A stretch of DNA of 34,648 nt, taken from a virus (lineage: Duplodnaviria > Caudoviricetes). The notes beneath the pieces were generated by a model. It was not told the DNA's origin. It did not search any database and worked only from the letters and a program-made list of their open reading frames with translations. Below are positions 33,297 to 34,648 of the stretch, in pieces. How positions within the stretch are numbered: position 1 is the first letter of the stretch; each line of letters starts with the position of its first letter. A program made the translations under genes and the position numbers. The stretch is taken from positions 1-34,648 of the IMG/VR virus record IMGVR_UViG_3300032328_000119. One strand, 5' to 3'.

Positions 33297-34648
33297 TTAT
33301 TCCAATAGAGAAGGAGCAACAACACCAGCACCTACTTGTTGTTGTAATGCTTGATTGCGTAAATATTCATCGAGTAATTTTAAACGATCTACGATCTGTG
33401 CCTGTCTTGCAGGATCTACAGAATATAGATCAGGAGCTAGTGTTTCAGCAGTTCTACCGCCTGGGCCTGTAACGGATCTCAATAGATAATCCATTCCACC
33501 TTTTACAAGTCCTTTTTCTGCCATCTGTGGTACTAGCTCTGTGCTACCTTCAAACTCTTTGGCTGCTTCTGTTCTACGCTGAGTAGGGCTACCGCCTGTA
33601 ATCTGAATATCAGTAGATCGAATAGCTTTTTCTCTAGTTAATTGTTTATTTAATGTATCAAAAGCATCCGCACCAATAAGTTCTTTTATTTGATCTCTTT
33701 TTTCTGTAGATCCAAATGTTCTACGAACCATATCTACGCCATCTGCGCCTGTTTGAATCTTGGTACGAATAGCATCATACGCACCAACAGAGAAACCATC
33801 TTTTTCTGATGGAGATAATTTATTGTAGATTTGTTTTAATTGTCTAGCATCTATATCAAAAAAGTTTTTACCATTTTCTATAGCATCTAATATTTCGCTT
33901 TGACCAGCAAATGCTTGTCTAGCTTGTTTATATTCATCAGGAGCTTGCTCATCTACATTTTTCATAAATACAGATCGTAGATTTTTAATAGAATCTACTT
34001 CTGTTTTTTCTAAACCAGATGTAGGCAGTCTGCTATAGTTAATCTCAGCATCTATGCCACGCTTAATGCGATCAATAGTTTTAAGATCAAATACATTACC
34101 TGATTCTTTTAACTCAGGTAAAGCTGTTCCAACAATATTACCAGCCTCATCTACTTCTCTTTGCGCTAATCTATCGGCTCTATCGTATGCTCTTTTAAAT
34201 GCAGGGTCTTGCATAAGTTTATCAATTGATTGACCGCCAATCAAAGCATCTTTTTCATATGCAGTTTTATATAGTGGTGCAGATGATGATTGTCTTAACT
34301 TAATGACATTGTTAGCAATTTCCATTGGGTCTGCATCTACTTGAAAGGCTTTTTGAAAGTCTGTAAGAATACGATTGCCTGCACCAGACTTGCGTTCTTC
34401 TGCCAAGTTCTCAGCCACTACTCTTGCGCCAGGATAGCTTGCAACAGTTTCTCCTAGTTGCTTAGTAGCCTTGCCACCAAACTCCATGATGGTTTCTGGC
34501 TTATATCCTGATGCTCTGATTTCATCCATTACACCCTTAATCTGTGGCAATGTAAAGCCATCTCTTTGTAGGGCTTGGATAATCTTAGTATCTGCTTTGC
34601 GCTGCATAGCATCGCCACTCATACCAAAGAAATCAGCAGTTTTACCTG
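33297..34648 (-). CDS. C-terminal part of large internal virion/ejection protein (open to right edge)
   Basis: Frame stays open beyond the track ATG at 34622 to the window end (..GKTADFFG-MSGDAMQ); GGSPTQRR motif; helical. Confidence 0.7.
   Translation of the reverse strand, partial: GKTADFFGMSGDAMQRKADTKIIQALQRDGFTLPQIKGVMDEIRASGYKPETIMEFGGKATKQLGETVASYPGARVVAENLAEERKSGAGNRILTDFQKAFQVDADPMEIANNVIKLRQSSSAPLYKTAYEKDALIGGQSIDKLMQDPAFKRAYDRADRLAQREVDEAGNIVGTALPELKESGNVFDLKTIDRIKRGIDAEINYSRLPTSGLEKTEVDSIKNLRSVFMKNVDEQAPDEYKQARQAFAGQSEILDAIENGKNFFDIDARQLKQIYNKLSPSEKDGFSVGAYDAIRTKIQTGADGVDMVRRTFGSTEKRDQIKELIGADAFDTLNKQLTREKAIRSTDIQITGGSPTQRRTEAAKEFEGSTELVPQMAEKGLVKGGMDYLLRSVTGPGGRTAETLAPDLYSVDPARQAQIVDRLKLLDEYLRNQALQQQVGAGVVAPSLLE

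Noticed and set aside
1-34648. tRNA genes, integrase/att site, reverse transcriptase/DGR, introns or inteins, alternative genetic code
   Set aside because: None seen. Terminase, portal and capsid are uninterrupted and of normal size, and genes tile densely under the standard code.

Overview
The window is an almost complete ~34.6 kb genome of a tailed dsDNA phage (Caudoviricetes) with a short-tail/podovirus-like layout, roughly 40% GC by eye. The gene style resembles uncultured freshwater phages of small Betaproteobacteria, but the host is inference only. Both ends fall inside what looks like the same minus-strand internal-virion gene, so the genome is probably circular or circularly permuted with a small gap. 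The minus-strand late region runs terminase, portal, scaffold, major capsid, adaptor, modular tail-fibre genes, tail tube and ejection proteins, then across the junction to a tail-collar fibre and the lysis cassette. A lambdoid-like divergent early region at ~27.15-27.3 kb drives Cro-like, nuclease, C5-methyltransferase, Ref-like and Q-like genes leftward, and lipoprotein, Sak, YqaJ exonuclease and SSB-like genes rightward. I recognise no CI repressor, integrase, polymerase, helicase or primase. The most unusual elements are: (1) a ~200-nt promoter-preceded, multi-stem and possibly multi-pseudoknot non-coding element at 26424-26621, in the slot where replication genes usually sit and followed by an AT-rich tract; (2) a C5 DNA methyltransferase carrying a fully nested +1-frame ORF resembling the M.EcoHK31I beta polypeptide, a G9 tract and tandem TRD-like modules; (3) four GT-A-type glycosyltransferases interleaved with Lys-rich miniproteins and a HiPIP-like Cys protein in the head/packaging region; (4) an inverted phosphoesterase plus SprT-like protease cassette sharing overlapping divergent promoters with the Q-like gene. 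All calls come from reading motifs and synteny; no searches were run.
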